Below, in pieces: positions 18,780 to 27,797 of a stretch of DNA of 64,000 nucleotides. Positions within the stretch are counted from its first letter, which is position 1. The number at the start of each line of letters is the position of its first letter. Made by a program: the position numbers and the translations under genes. The stretch comes from Pirellulales bacterium. Its GTDB lineage: Bacteria > Planctomycetota > Planctomycetia > Pirellulales > JAICIG01. The DNA is taken from positions 32,001 through 96,000 of the forward strand of contig JBBDYJ010000026.1 of assembly GCA_040901675.1 (NCBI GenBank), in the 5' to 3' direction. The notes below the pieces were generated by a model. The model saw nothing but the letters and a program-made list of their open reading frames with translations, made no database searches and was not told the DNA's origin.

Positions 18780-19868
18780 ATGAAACGGAATCCGTTCCTT
18801 TGGCGAGCGGCCTTTACGCTCGTCGAGCTGTTGGTGGTGATCGCCATCATCGGTATTCTGATCGCCCTGTTGCTGCCCGCCGTCAATGCGGCCCGCGAGG
18901 CGGCCCGCCGCGCCCAGTGTTCCAGCAACCTGAAGCAGTTCGGCACGGCCATTTACAACTACCACGACGTCTGGGGCCGGATGCCGGTCCACTACGGTCA
19001 GTGGAACGTTCCTGTTACAGGCTGGAACCGTCGGGGCAGCAGCCATGTCCGCTTGCTGCCCTTCATGGAAATGAAGCCGATCTACGACAAGATTGATTTC
19101 CGGGGGGGGATGAACACGGATGATATTTCCGTGGAGCAAACGATCGATCCGGACACCGGCCAGAAGCTTGACCACCTGCTGATCCCCTCCTTCATCTGCC
19201 CCAGCGACAACCACAACGGCTACTTCGACGGCAGGCACGCCCTGAACAACTACTTCACGTCGATGGGCGCCCAGCGCATGCCCTGCCACACTGGCTGCTC
19301 GATCTCGAGCATTGTCGGCCCCAGCCCCTATACCGGCGACACGGAAGGCAACTGGTTCGGCAACGGCTGGCATGACCATGGCAATGGCTGGGGCGACGGA
19401 AATGGAATCTCCGGCACCTTCCAGCGCGCCAGTGAGTACCCTTGGACGGGCATTGCCGGCGGTCTGCCAGGCGGCATGCTCTGGTCGGCCCGGTTCACGG
19501 ACTTGGTAGACGGCGCTGCCAGCACGATCATGATGGGCGAAGGCCGGCCCTACTGTAGCGACCACCAGCTTGGTGGCTGGATGCACCACAATGCCCCTTT
19601 TGCCGCCGCAACGACTGCCCCGATCAACTACGACACCTGCATCGAGAGCGGCCACTGGGGCGATCCGAAGTGGACAGGCGTCGGCATCCCGCCCTGCAAC
19701 CGGACCCGGGCTTGGCCCACCGGGATGGGTTTCAAATCGCTGCACACCAACGGCGTCAATCTGCTGTTCTGCGACGGATCGGTACACTTTATCCAGGAGA
19801 ACATCGACTACGACGTTTACCAGCGGCTCGGCGAACGCAGGGACTTCCTGCCGGTCAGCGGTTTCTAG
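18780..19868 (+). CDS. DUF1559 prepilin-type N-terminal cleavage/methylation protein, copy 1
   Basis: AFTLVELLVVIAIIGILIALLLPAV..AREAARR..C.NLKQ, CPSD, C-terminal SLHTNGVNLLFCDGSVHFI (H-X9-DG). Confidence 0.95.
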   Translation: MKRNPFLWRAAFTLVELLVVIAIIGILIALLLPAVNAAREAARRAQCSSNLKQFGTAIYNYHDVWGRMPVHYGQWNVPVTGWNRRGSSHVRLLPFMEMKPIYDKIDFRGGMNTDDISVEQTIDPDTGQKLDHLLIPSFICPSDNHNGYFDGRHALNNYFTSMGAQRMPCHTGCSISSIVGPSPYTGDTEGNWFGNGWHDHGNGWGDGNGISGTFQRASEYPWTGIAGGLPGGMLWSARFTDLVDGAASTIMMGEGRPYCSDHQLGGWMHHNAPFAAATTAPINYDTCIESGHWGDPKWTGVGIPPCNRTRAWPTGMGFKSLHTNGVNLLFCDGSVHFIQENIDYDVYQRLGERRDFLPVSGF

Positions 19869-20097
19869 GGCGGTGACCGAACTGGTCCACTGAAGAACTG
19901 GCCACGCTGTCCTTTGTATCAGCTCCCTGCTTGGCAAGGGGTGTTTGTGGCTGCGCATTTACGGTGGCCTGGTGAAAATTTTCTTGGGTTTGCTGGGTCG
20001 GGCTCTTCGTGACCGAAGCCTGTGTTCCATAAGGGGTTGAGTCTCTCCCCCTACTCGCTCCGGGCGGGCCCAACAGCCCGCCAAGGTCCATTTTTAT

Positions 20098-20127
20098 TTG
20101 ACTTTGGTCAATCCGCACTGCTAAACT
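20098..20127 (+). promoter_or_regulatory. sigma70-type promoter of DUF1559 copy 2
   Basis: TTGACT-N18-TAAACT, homologous to 18700-18729. Confidence 0.6.
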
Positions 20128-20232
20128 GCCCCCTGCAAATACGGCTCCCCCGTTTTGCTTCCTCACGTTCAGCGTGAGGATTAGTCGATTGAGGGGAAGT
20201 CCTAATTCTTTTTTTATTCGAGGGGACCAGCC

Positions 20233-21324
20233 ATGAAGCGGAATCCTGCGTTCCTTTGGCGGGCGGCCTTCACGCTCGTCGAGCTGTTGGTGGTGATCGC
20301 CATCATCGGTATTCTGATCGCCCTGTTGCTGCCCGCCGTCAATGCGGCCCGCGAGGCGGCCCGCCGCGCCCAGTGTTCCAGCAACCTGAAGCAGTTCGGC
20401 ACGGCCATTTACAACTACCACGACGTCTGGGGCCGGATGCCGGTCCACTACGGTCAGTGGAACGTTCCTGTTACAGGCTGGAACCGTCGGGGCAGCAGCC
20501 ATGTCCGCTTGCTGCCCTTCATGGAAATGAAGCCGATCTACGACAAGATTGATTTCCGGGGGGGGATGAACACGGATGATATTTCCGTGGAGCAAACGAT
20601 CGATCCGGACACCGGCCAGAAGCTTGACCACCTGCTGATCCCCTCCTTCATCTGCCCCAGCGACAACCACAACGGCTACTTCGACGGCAGGCACGCCCTG
20701 AACAACTACTTCACGTCGATGGGCGCCCAGCGCATGCCCTGCCACACTGGCTGCTCGATCTCGAGCATTGTCGGCCCCAGCCCCTATACCGGCGACACGG
20801 AAGGCAACTGGTTCGGCAACGGCTGGCATGACCATGGCAATGGCTGGGGCGACGGAAATGGAATCTCCGGCACCTTCCAGCGCGCCAGTGAGTACCCTTG
20901 GACGGGCATTGCCGGCGGTCTGCCAGGCGGCATGCTCTGGTCGGCCCGGTTCACGGACTTGGTAGACGGCGCTGCCAGCACGATCATGATGGGCGAAGGC
21001 CGGCCCTACTGTAGCGACCACCAGCTTGGTGGCTGGATGCACCACAATGCCCCTTTTGCCGCCGCAACGACTGCCCCGATCAACTACGACACCTGCATCG
21101 AGAGCGGCCACTGGGGCGATCCGAAGTGGACAGGCGTCGGCATCCCGCCCTGCAACCGGACCCGGGCTTGGCCCACCGGGATGGGTTTCAAATCGCTGCA
21201 CACCAACGGCGTCAATCTGCTGTTCTGCGACGGATCGGTACACTTTATCCAGGAGAACATCGACTACGACGTTTACCAGCGGCTCGGCGAACGCAGGGAC
21301 TTCCTGCCGGTCAGCGGTTTCTAG
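20233..21324 (+). CDS. DUF1559 prepilin-type protein, copy 2
   Basis: Protein identical to copy 1 except one extra Ala near the N-terminus; DNA 20272-21325 matches 18816-19869. Confidence 0.9.
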   Translation: MKRNPAFLWRAAFTLVELLVVIAIIGILIALLLPAVNAAREAARRAQCSSNLKQFGTAIYNYHDVWGRMPVHYGQWNVPVTGWNRRGSSHVRLLPFMEMKPIYDKIDFRGGMNTDDISVEQTIDPDTGQKLDHLLIPSFICPSDNHNGYFDGRHALNNYFTSMGAQRMPCHTGCSISSIVGPSPYTGDTEGNWFGNGWHDHGNGWGDGNGISGTFQRASEYPWTGIAGGLPGGMLWSARFTDLVDGAASTIMMGEGRPYCSDHQLGGWMHHNAPFAAATTAPINYDTCIESGHWGDPKWTGVGIPPCNRTRAWPTGMGFKSLHTNGVNLLFCDGSVHFIQENIDYDVYQRLGERRDFLPVSGF

Positions 21325-21381
21325 GCGATCCTTGTACACGGGCCGGCTTGGCTCACGCCATGCTCGGCCTGTGAGCTAGAG

Positions 21382-23289
21382 CTAGTGGTTCCAGGAATCC
21401 ATTCGCTCGATGATCTCGAGTTGGTCGCGAGCCAAATCGGGCCTTCCCAACGCGTGGTGCTGTTCCGCCAACCAGCGGCGAAAACCTTTGAGCGTGGGGT
21501 CCAACTCCAGCGCCCGGCGGGCCGCCTCCAGTCCGCCATCCGTATCGCCGGCGTGAAGCAGCAGCTCGGCCGCCTGCTGGTGCATGGGAACAATCCATGG
21601 GTTAATCTTGAGAAACCGATCGACGTAGTCGCTGGCGGCGGCGGTATCGCCGGCAGCAGCACAAACCTGCACCAGCCACGACAACACGTATTCGTTGGTG
21701 GGCTCCAGCGCCAGCGCCCGCTCCAAGTATTCGCGGGCCTGCTTATGCTCGTGGCGGATGAAGGCGGCCTGCCCCAACGTCTTGAGCACCGCCGTATCGT
21801 CGGGCACGACCCGCAGAACCGGTTCGAGAAGGTTCTCGGCCAGCCTCGCCAGCCGCACCCGATCGTGCGACGGCAGATCCGAATCGAGCATTGCCAAACC
21901 TTTCGCCCGGTCGACTTCCCAACCAGCCATACGCAGCTCGCCCCGATCGTAAATCACCAGGGAGGCCGGGTCCGTCCTCATGGGCGCCAGCAGACCGTCG
22001 GCCGGCGCCGGCTTGCGGCGGATCGAATGATCGGTCTGGGACGCGTGGGCAATCTCCTTCGATTCGGTCCGCGGCATGTGGCAACGGATGCACGAATCCT
22101 CGACCGCGAGGCGCTGTGCCTCGTCGAGCGAGCAACCCTTCTCGGCATGGCAATTCAGGCAGCGGGCCCGGTAGTACAAGGCCGCGTCCTGCCCGGGTCT
22201 GGAGTGCGGGGAGTGCGGGTCGTGGCACGATGTGCACGAGAGGTCTCCACCACTGGCCTGGTAGCAGATGCTCTTGCGCATTTGCTCCACCTGGCTTACC
22301 GCGGCGTCGGCGTGCTGCTTGTCCGGCGCTTCGGGGGCAACCATCACGGTCCAAATGTCGTCGATCAGGTCCCCCGGGCGGAAATCGAAGTGCCCCCGTC
22401 CGTACCGCAGGATGCGCGTCGCACCCTGCAAATGGCACTGGTAGCAAACGCTGTCTCGCCGCGCCGCTTCCAAGCGGGCGGGATTGACGATCATCGACCG
22501 GTCGTCCTCGCGCGGCGAGCCGGAGCTTTGCAACTCGACGTGCCGCTGGCCCGGTCCATGGCAGCGTTCGCAGCCGATCGAGATTTCCGCAAAGGGCGGA
22601 TCGAGATAGTGGTCTTCAAAGCCCTCGCGCTTGGCCACCCGGCCCACGTGACACGACAGGCAGCGATCGCCCACCCGCCGGGCGAAGCGAGAATGCACCC
22701 TGGGTGAGTAGCCGGGCGACAGCTCCCACCGTCCCGCCTCCGTGTACCAGGAGATCGACGAGGCAAACAGCACGCCCCCACGGTCGATCAGATACCCGCG
22801 TCCCCGTACGCCCGAACCGAGCGCATAGCGGACGTCCACGCCTTGGTCGTAAATGACTTGCCCGGAAGCGTCGACCATCCGCTCATAATGCGTCACCCGG
22901 TCAGCGGCGCACTCGACCCGGTACGACCGGTTTCCAGGAGGCCGGAACGTTTCGGCCTGGCCGTAGTCCTCGATCGAGTCGCCTGCCAGCGCCTGCCGCG
23001 GGTCGACGGCCTCGGTCGACCGCCACATCGGATGCTGGGAATACGACCGGGCAATGGCCGAATGGCACCTGGCGCAGACGGCGCTGCCCACATACCCCTC
23101 GGCAGGTGGGTCGGGCCGGACTGCCCGCTGACGGACCGCGGCTTTCGAGTCCGGGTCGGTTGGTTCGCCGCGATCTTTCTGCAGCCACACGCCCAAGGCG
23201 ACCAATGCCAGCGCCACCGGCATCGCCACGGCGATGAGCTTTCGTCTGGCGGCGAAACGCCCCCAAGAGTCCCGATGGATGCCCGGCAC
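21382..23289 (-). CDS. Multiheme cytochrome c (7 CxxCH) with C-terminal TPR domain
   Basis: CARCH, CLSCH, CERCH, CYQCH, CTSCH, CLNCH, CIRCH; N-terminal TM; TPR-like helices. Confidence 0.9.
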   Translation of the reverse strand: MPGIHRDSWGRFAARRKLIAVAMPVALALVALGVWLQKDRGEPTDPDSKAAVRQRAVRPDPPAEGYVGSAVCARCHSAIARSYSQHPMWRSTEAVDPRQALAGDSIEDYGQAETFRPPGNRSYRVECAADRVTHYERMVDASGQVIYDQGVDVRYALGSGVRGRGYLIDRGGVLFASSISWYTEAGRWELSPGYSPRVHSRFARRVGDRCLSCHVGRVAKREGFEDHYLDPPFAEISIGCERCHGPGQRHVELQSSGSPREDDRSMIVNPARLEAARRDSVCYQCHLQGATRILRYGRGHFDFRPGDLIDDIWTVMVAPEAPDKQHADAAVSQVEQMRKSICYQASGGDLSCTSCHDPHSPHSRPGQDAALYYRARCLNCHAEKGCSLDEAQRLAVEDSCIRCHMPRTESKEIAHASQTDHSIRRKPAPADGLLAPMRTDPASLVIYDRGELRMAGWEVDRAKGLAMLDSDLPSHDRVRLARLAENLLEPVLRVVPDDTAVLKTLGQAAFIRHEHKQAREYLERALALEPTNEYVLSWLVQVCAAAGDTAAASDYVDRFLKINPWIVPMHQQAAELLLHAGDTDGGLEAARRALELDPTLKGFRRWLAEQHHALGRPDLARDQLEIIERMDSWNH

Positions 23290-23553
23290 CGCAACGCCTT
23301 TCGACTTGCTGTAACAATACTTGATTCATACCAGCGGGCGTGCGGCGTTTCAATGGAAAAACGACTGCCCGGCGCGAGGACCTTCCGGCCAGCCGACAAG
23401 CCCGCACGAGGTAGCTTACTCGCCAGAGTTCAGGCCTGGTGCCACTGCTTGGAGGACCCCGGCACGCCGGGGTCCGACAAGCAGTGCGTCACGACCTGCA
23501 ACCGCCCCCCGCCCATAGCAGGACTCGCCTGAGCTCAGGCAAAGCGGCCGGCG

Positions 23554-23579
23554 GCCCGAATTCGGGCGAATCCGGCTAC
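23554..23579 (-). repeat. REP-like element with a GTAG foot
   Basis: Minus strand GTAGCCGGATTCGCCCGAATTCGGG, an imperfect hairpin. Confidence 0.5.
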
Positions 23580-23691
23580 GAGAGGGGTTTCCACGCTGTT
23601 GGCAGCCGCTTGCAATCGGGGACGATTTAATTTACCATGCTGTTTTGTTTTGTCTCATTCTTTTCCAAGCCTGACTGGGGGGGGTTCAACC

Positions 23692-24282
23692 ATGCTGTAC
23701 AAATCGAGTTTGTGTTTCGGCCTGGCGCTGGCAGTCACCGTGGGCTGCAACAGTTCGTCCGGTCTGCCGACCGTGCCTGTGACCGGCCAGGTTCTCCTGG
23801 ACGGAATCCCGGTATCGGGTGCGGAAATTGTCTTCATGAACAAGGACCGCAGAGAGGGTAAACCTGCTGCCGCGATAACCGACGAGCAGGGCAACTTCAA
23901 GCTCACGACTTATCTGAACCCGAAGGAGAGGCCGGAGGGGGCCTTGCCGGGCGACTACGACGTCGTCTTCAAAAAACTCGAGGTGCTGTCCGGCACCGCA
24001 GAAGAAATGGGCGGTCTCGGCAATCTACAGACAATGCCGCAGGGGAACCTCGACAAGGCACGGAAGGCTAGGCAACAAGCCACCGAGGACATGCTAGCCA
24101 CCGGCAAACGAGATTCGGAAGCTGTCGCCCAAATGCCAACATCTGAAATTGGAATGTATGGAGAGCCGCTGCCCAAGAACCTGCTGCCGGAGAGGTATTC
24201 GAAGGCCGAGACATCGGGGTTCGCGGTTACCGTCCAGGAAGGCGTTGAGCCCTTTATCTTCGAGCTCAAAGAGCAGGAATAA
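23692..24282 (+). CDS. Carboxypeptidase-regulatory-like domain lipoprotein (usual DUF1559 companion)
   Basis: Lipobox TVGC; PVTGQV.LDG.P, TDEQGNFKL, GALPGDYDV, LPERYS...TSG. Confidence 0.85.
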   Translation: MLYKSSLCFGLALAVTVGCNSSSGLPTVPVTGQVLLDGIPVSGAEIVFMNKDRREGKPAAAITDEQGNFKLTTYLNPKERPEGALPGDYDVVFKKLEVLSGTAEEMGGLGNLQTMPQGNLDKARKARQQATEDMLATGKRDSEAVAQMPTSEIGMYGEPLPKNLLPERYSKAETSGFAVTVQEGVEPFIFELKEQE

Positions 24283-24529
24283 GCCGGTTCCTGCGCCCCG
24301 ACGCAGCATTTAAGGCCAGCTCCGGCATTTCACGCGCTGCCGATGGCTCCCGCCGTTTCAGTCTCCGTCGAGGCCTGTTGCGGCCAGGTCCTCCCGGCCC
24401 TTTGAGATTTATCGACTGTTTTGCCGACCGCTCCAACGAGTCGCTTCGTATAATAGATCCGCCGGCGCTCGGACTGTTGTCAGGGATTGCCGGATTCCCA
24501 GTGCGGCCCCTCAGTGCGAGTTCCCCGCG

Positions 24530-25891
24530 GTGGAAACAACCCTGTCGCAAACCGAAGCTACGCCGCAAACGTCGTCGCCGGGCCGGGGCCGCGGCCTGCG
24601 GTCCCCTTGGACGGGCTGGGTCCTCGCTGGCGTGATCTTGTGCATCGCTTTGGCCGCGGTGCCGGCCATACGGCGCGCGAGTCTCTCTTTCAAGATCCAG
24701 GCGGCCCGTGACGCATTGCGGCGGGCCGAGCCGGAAGCCGCCGTCGAGCGGCTTGTGCCCCTTGTCAAGGCATATCCTGATCTGGCCGAGCCCACCTACC
24801 TGCTGGCGGTCGCCTATCGGCGTCTGGGGCAGCTTAGAAAAGTCGCTCCGCTTCTGGAGCAGGCCGAGAAACTTGGCTGGTCGCGTCGCGATACCAAGCG
24901 GCAACGCCTCCTCACGAGGTTCTTGGACGGTTACGTGAAGGAAACCGAATCCGAGCTTCAGAGCTACCTGACTGCGGAAACGACCGACGACGAGGCGGCG
25001 GAGATCTACGAAGCCTTCGTGAAAGGCTACTTGTCCGAACTTCGCTTCCAGGAGGCGGACATCTGCATCAGCTTTTGGACTCAGTGGCGTCCGCACGACG
25101 CGCGGCCGCGTCTGTGGCGTGCCGAAATGGCTGGGGTCCTGAACGACCTCGAAGCGCAAATTGAGGAATACCGCAAGATCCTCGCGTTCGACCCGGACCA
25201 CTACGAGGCCAGCGCCAGCCTGGCGGGCGCCTTGCTGAAGAGGAATGAAGTCGAGGAGGCGTACCAGCATTTCAGTCGCTGCCTGAAACTGCGGCCCGAG
25301 CAGGCCGCGCCTCTGGTCGGTCTGGCCGAATGCCAGCAGCGGCTCGGCAAGACAGCCGAGGCCAGGGAGACGGTCATGGCGGCTCTGAAGCGTCGCTTGA
25401 GTCGCACGGATCAGGCTCTGGCCTACAAGACCCTGGGCAAGATCGAGCTGGAGTTGCGAAATGTCGCCGGCGCCGTGCCGGCGCTGGAAAAGACGCTTGA
25501 ACTCGATCCCCGCGATTTGGACGCCATGTATGCGCTGGGCCTGGCGCTGCAGCGGATCGGACGCAAGAAGGACGCGGAGCAACACCTGGTCCGCTCGCGA
25601 CAGCTTCGCAAGTACGAAGGGCAGAGGGGCGATCTTGCCCGCGAAATCGTGCGGGATCCGGAAAACGCCGACCTGCGATGCAAGGCCGGCACGATGCTGT
25701 TGGAAGAAGGCCTGGACGGCGAGGCGCTGGTGTGGTTGATATCCGCCCTGCGGCTCGACAGCGGGCATCGTGCCTCGCATGAAGCCTTCGTGACCTACTA
25801 CGAACGCCGCGGCAATAGCGAGATGGCTTCGAAACACCGGATCGCGGCAGCCACGACCGTTCGATCGCTCTCCAATCGGGGGACTCCCTAG
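24530..25891 (+). CDS. Membrane-anchored TPR protein
   Basis: N-terminal TM followed by many TPR repeats. Confidence 0.85.
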   Translation: METTLSQTEATPQTSSPGRGRGLRSPWTGWVLAGVILCIALAAVPAIRRASLSFKIQAARDALRRAEPEAAVERLVPLVKAYPDLAEPTYLLAVAYRRLGQLRKVAPLLEQAEKLGWSRRDTKRQRLLTRFLDGYVKETESELQSYLTAETTDDEAAEIYEAFVKGYLSELRFQEADICISFWTQWRPHDARPRLWRAEMAGVLNDLEAQIEEYRKILAFDPDHYEASASLAGALLKRNEVEEAYQHFSRCLKLRPEQAAPLVGLAECQQRLGKTAEARETVMAALKRRLSRTDQALAYKTLGKIELELRNVAGAVPALEKTLELDPRDLDAMYALGLALQRIGRKKDAEQHLVRSRQLRKYEGQRGDLAREIVRDPENADLRCKAGTMLLEEGLDGEALVWLISALRLDSGHRASHEAFVTYYERRGNSEMASKHRIAAATTVRSLSNRGTP

Positions 25892-25951
25892 CGCGTGGCA
25901 TACGCCGGTCGAAGTCCGGCAAAACTCTTCCATCAGGCAAACTGGCAACCG

Positions 25952-27772
25952 ATGCCGCGACTGCTCCGTGACCAACCTGCCCGACTGTCCCCTGACCTAA
26001 GCGCCCCAATGCGGCTTGGCGCCTTGGCGTGGTTGTTGATCAGCCCCTTGGCGATCGGCTGCGAAGGCAAGGCCGCCAGCAGCGTCGCGCCGGCTGCTCT
26101 GCCGGCCAGCCCGGTGGCGAGCAGCGGGCCCAAGGAAGGCTCGATTCGCCTGGTCAACGTCACGCATCGCACCGGCATCGAGTTCGTGTACGAGAATGGC
26201 CGGGAAGCCGGGATGCACGCCATCCTGGAGTCGCTGGGCGGTGGGGTGGGGCTGTTCGATTATGACAACGATGGCCGGCTCGACCTGTTTTGCCTGGGCG
26301 GCGGCCGTTATCTCCAGGATGGCCCGGTGGGCCTGCCCTCCGCGTTGTTCCGCAACCTGGGTGATTGGAAGTTCGATGACGTGACCGCGCCCAGCGCTGC
26401 CGGCGGCGCGCCCCACTACACGCACGGCTGCTCGGCGGCCGACTACGACGCCGACGGCTTCGTCGACGTGCTGGTGACGGGCTACGGCGGCCTGCTGCTC
26501 TTGCACAACCAGGGGGACGGCACGTTTGTGGAGGTCAGCGGCGAGGCCGGTCTCGACGACCGGCTGTGGAGTTCCGCCGCCGCCTGGGGAGACTTGAACG
26601 GCGACGGCCATCTGGACCTGTACGTCGCGCATTACGTCGACTGGTCGATGGAAAACAACCCGGAGTGCCTCGCCGGCCAACGCCGGCGTGAAATCTGCCC
26701 GCCGAAAGAGTTCAACCCGCTGCCCGACAGCGTTTATTACAGCAACGGCGACGGCACCTTCTACGACGCCACCTCCACGGCGGGTCTGCGTCCGGACGGC
26801 AAGGGGCTGGGCCTGGTGCTGGCCGACTTGGACCACGACGGCGACCTGGACGTCTACGTGGCCAACGACACGGTCGATAACTTTTTTTACATCAATGACG
26901 GCCGGGGAGTTTTCGAGGAAGAGGGTATGCTGCGAGGGGTCGCTTGTGGCGAGGGCGGCAACTTCGACGGCAGCATGGGGCTGGACTTGTGCGATTTCAA
27001 CGGCGACCTGCTTCCCGACCTGTGGGTGGCGAACTTTGAGGAAGAGTCCTTCGCGCTGTATCGCAATGAGCTCAGCCGCCACGAGCTCATCGGCACCGAA
27101 GCGCCCGGGTTTTTCGTCCATGTCAGCCGCGGCGCCGGCATCACGGCGCTGGGAACCTTGTTCGTCGGCTTCGGCACGGTGGCGGTCGACGTCGACAAGG
27201 ACGGGGACGAAGACTTTGTCGTCTCGAATGGACACGTGATCAACTTTCCACGCTCCGCGCCGATCAAGCAACTGCCGCTGATGTTGCTGAATCACAGGGG
27301 CGATCTGGGCGAGCCCCGATTCTGGCGGCACTCGATTTCGTCGGGCGGCTATTTCGAACAGCAGCATCGCGGTCGCGGTCTGGCCGCGGGCGACCTGGAC
27401 GACGACGGCGACATCGACCTGGTGTTCTCCCACGACGACGACGAGCCGGTCGCCCTGGTTCGCAACAACACCGCCCCGGGCAACGATTGGCTGCGAGTGC
27501 GGCTGATTGGCCGCGCCTCGAATCGCGATGCCATTGGAGCCCGCCTGGTCCTGACCACCGCCACGTCGTCGCAGTTGCGGCACGTCAAGGGAGGCTGCAG
27601 TTACCTCTCCCAGTCGGACCTGCGGCCATTCTGGGGGTTGGGAAAAAAGGCGACCATCGAGAGCCTCTCGATCGTTTGGCCTTCAGGGATCGTGCAGGAG
27701 TTGACTTCCATCGAACCCAACCAGACGCTGACCCTTGTTGAACCGGATCCGCCGGGTCCGTTCCCTCAATAA
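25952..27772 (+). CDS. CRTAC1-family FG-GAP/ASPIC-UnbV lipoprotein
   Basis: Lipobox LAIGC; ESLGGGVGLFDYDNDG, FG-GAP repeats, SNRDAIGA...WPSG. Confidence 0.9.
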   Translation: MPRLLRDQPARLSPDLSAPMRLGALAWLLISPLAIGCEGKAASSVAPAALPASPVASSGPKEGSIRLVNVTHRTGIEFVYENGREAGMHAILESLGGGVGLFDYDNDGRLDLFCLGGGRYLQDGPVGLPSALFRNLGDWKFDDVTAPSAAGGAPHYTHGCSAADYDADGFVDVLVTGYGGLLLLHNQGDGTFVEVSGEAGLDDRLWSSAAAWGDLNGDGHLDLYVAHYVDWSMENNPECLAGQRRREICPPKEFNPLPDSVYYSNGDGTFYDATSTAGLRPDGKGLGLVLADLDHDGDLDVYVANDTVDNFFYINDGRGVFEEEGMLRGVACGEGGNFDGSMGLDLCDFNGDLLPDLWVANFEEESFALYRNELSRHELIGTEAPGFFVHVSRGAGITALGTLFVGFGTVAVDVDKDGDEDFVVSNGHVINFPRSAPIKQLPLMLLNHRGDLGEPRFWRHSISSGGYFEQQHRGRGLAAGDLDDDGDIDLVFSHDDDEPVALVRNNTAPGNDWLRVRLIGRASNRDAIGARLVLTTATSSQLRHVKGGCSYLSQSDLRPFWGLGKKATIESLSIVWPSGIVQELTSIEPNQTLTLVEPDPPGPFPQ

Positions 27773-27797
27773 CCCTCTTGTGGGCAGCCGGACACCG

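Noticed and set aside
18780..21324. Duplicated DUF1559 as a DGR template/variable repeat pair
   Set aside because: No adenine-specific mismatches between the copies and no reverse transcriptase in the window.
23600..23616. TGGCAGCCGCTTGCA as a sigma54 promoter
   Set aside because: GG-to-GC spacing is 9, not the required 10.
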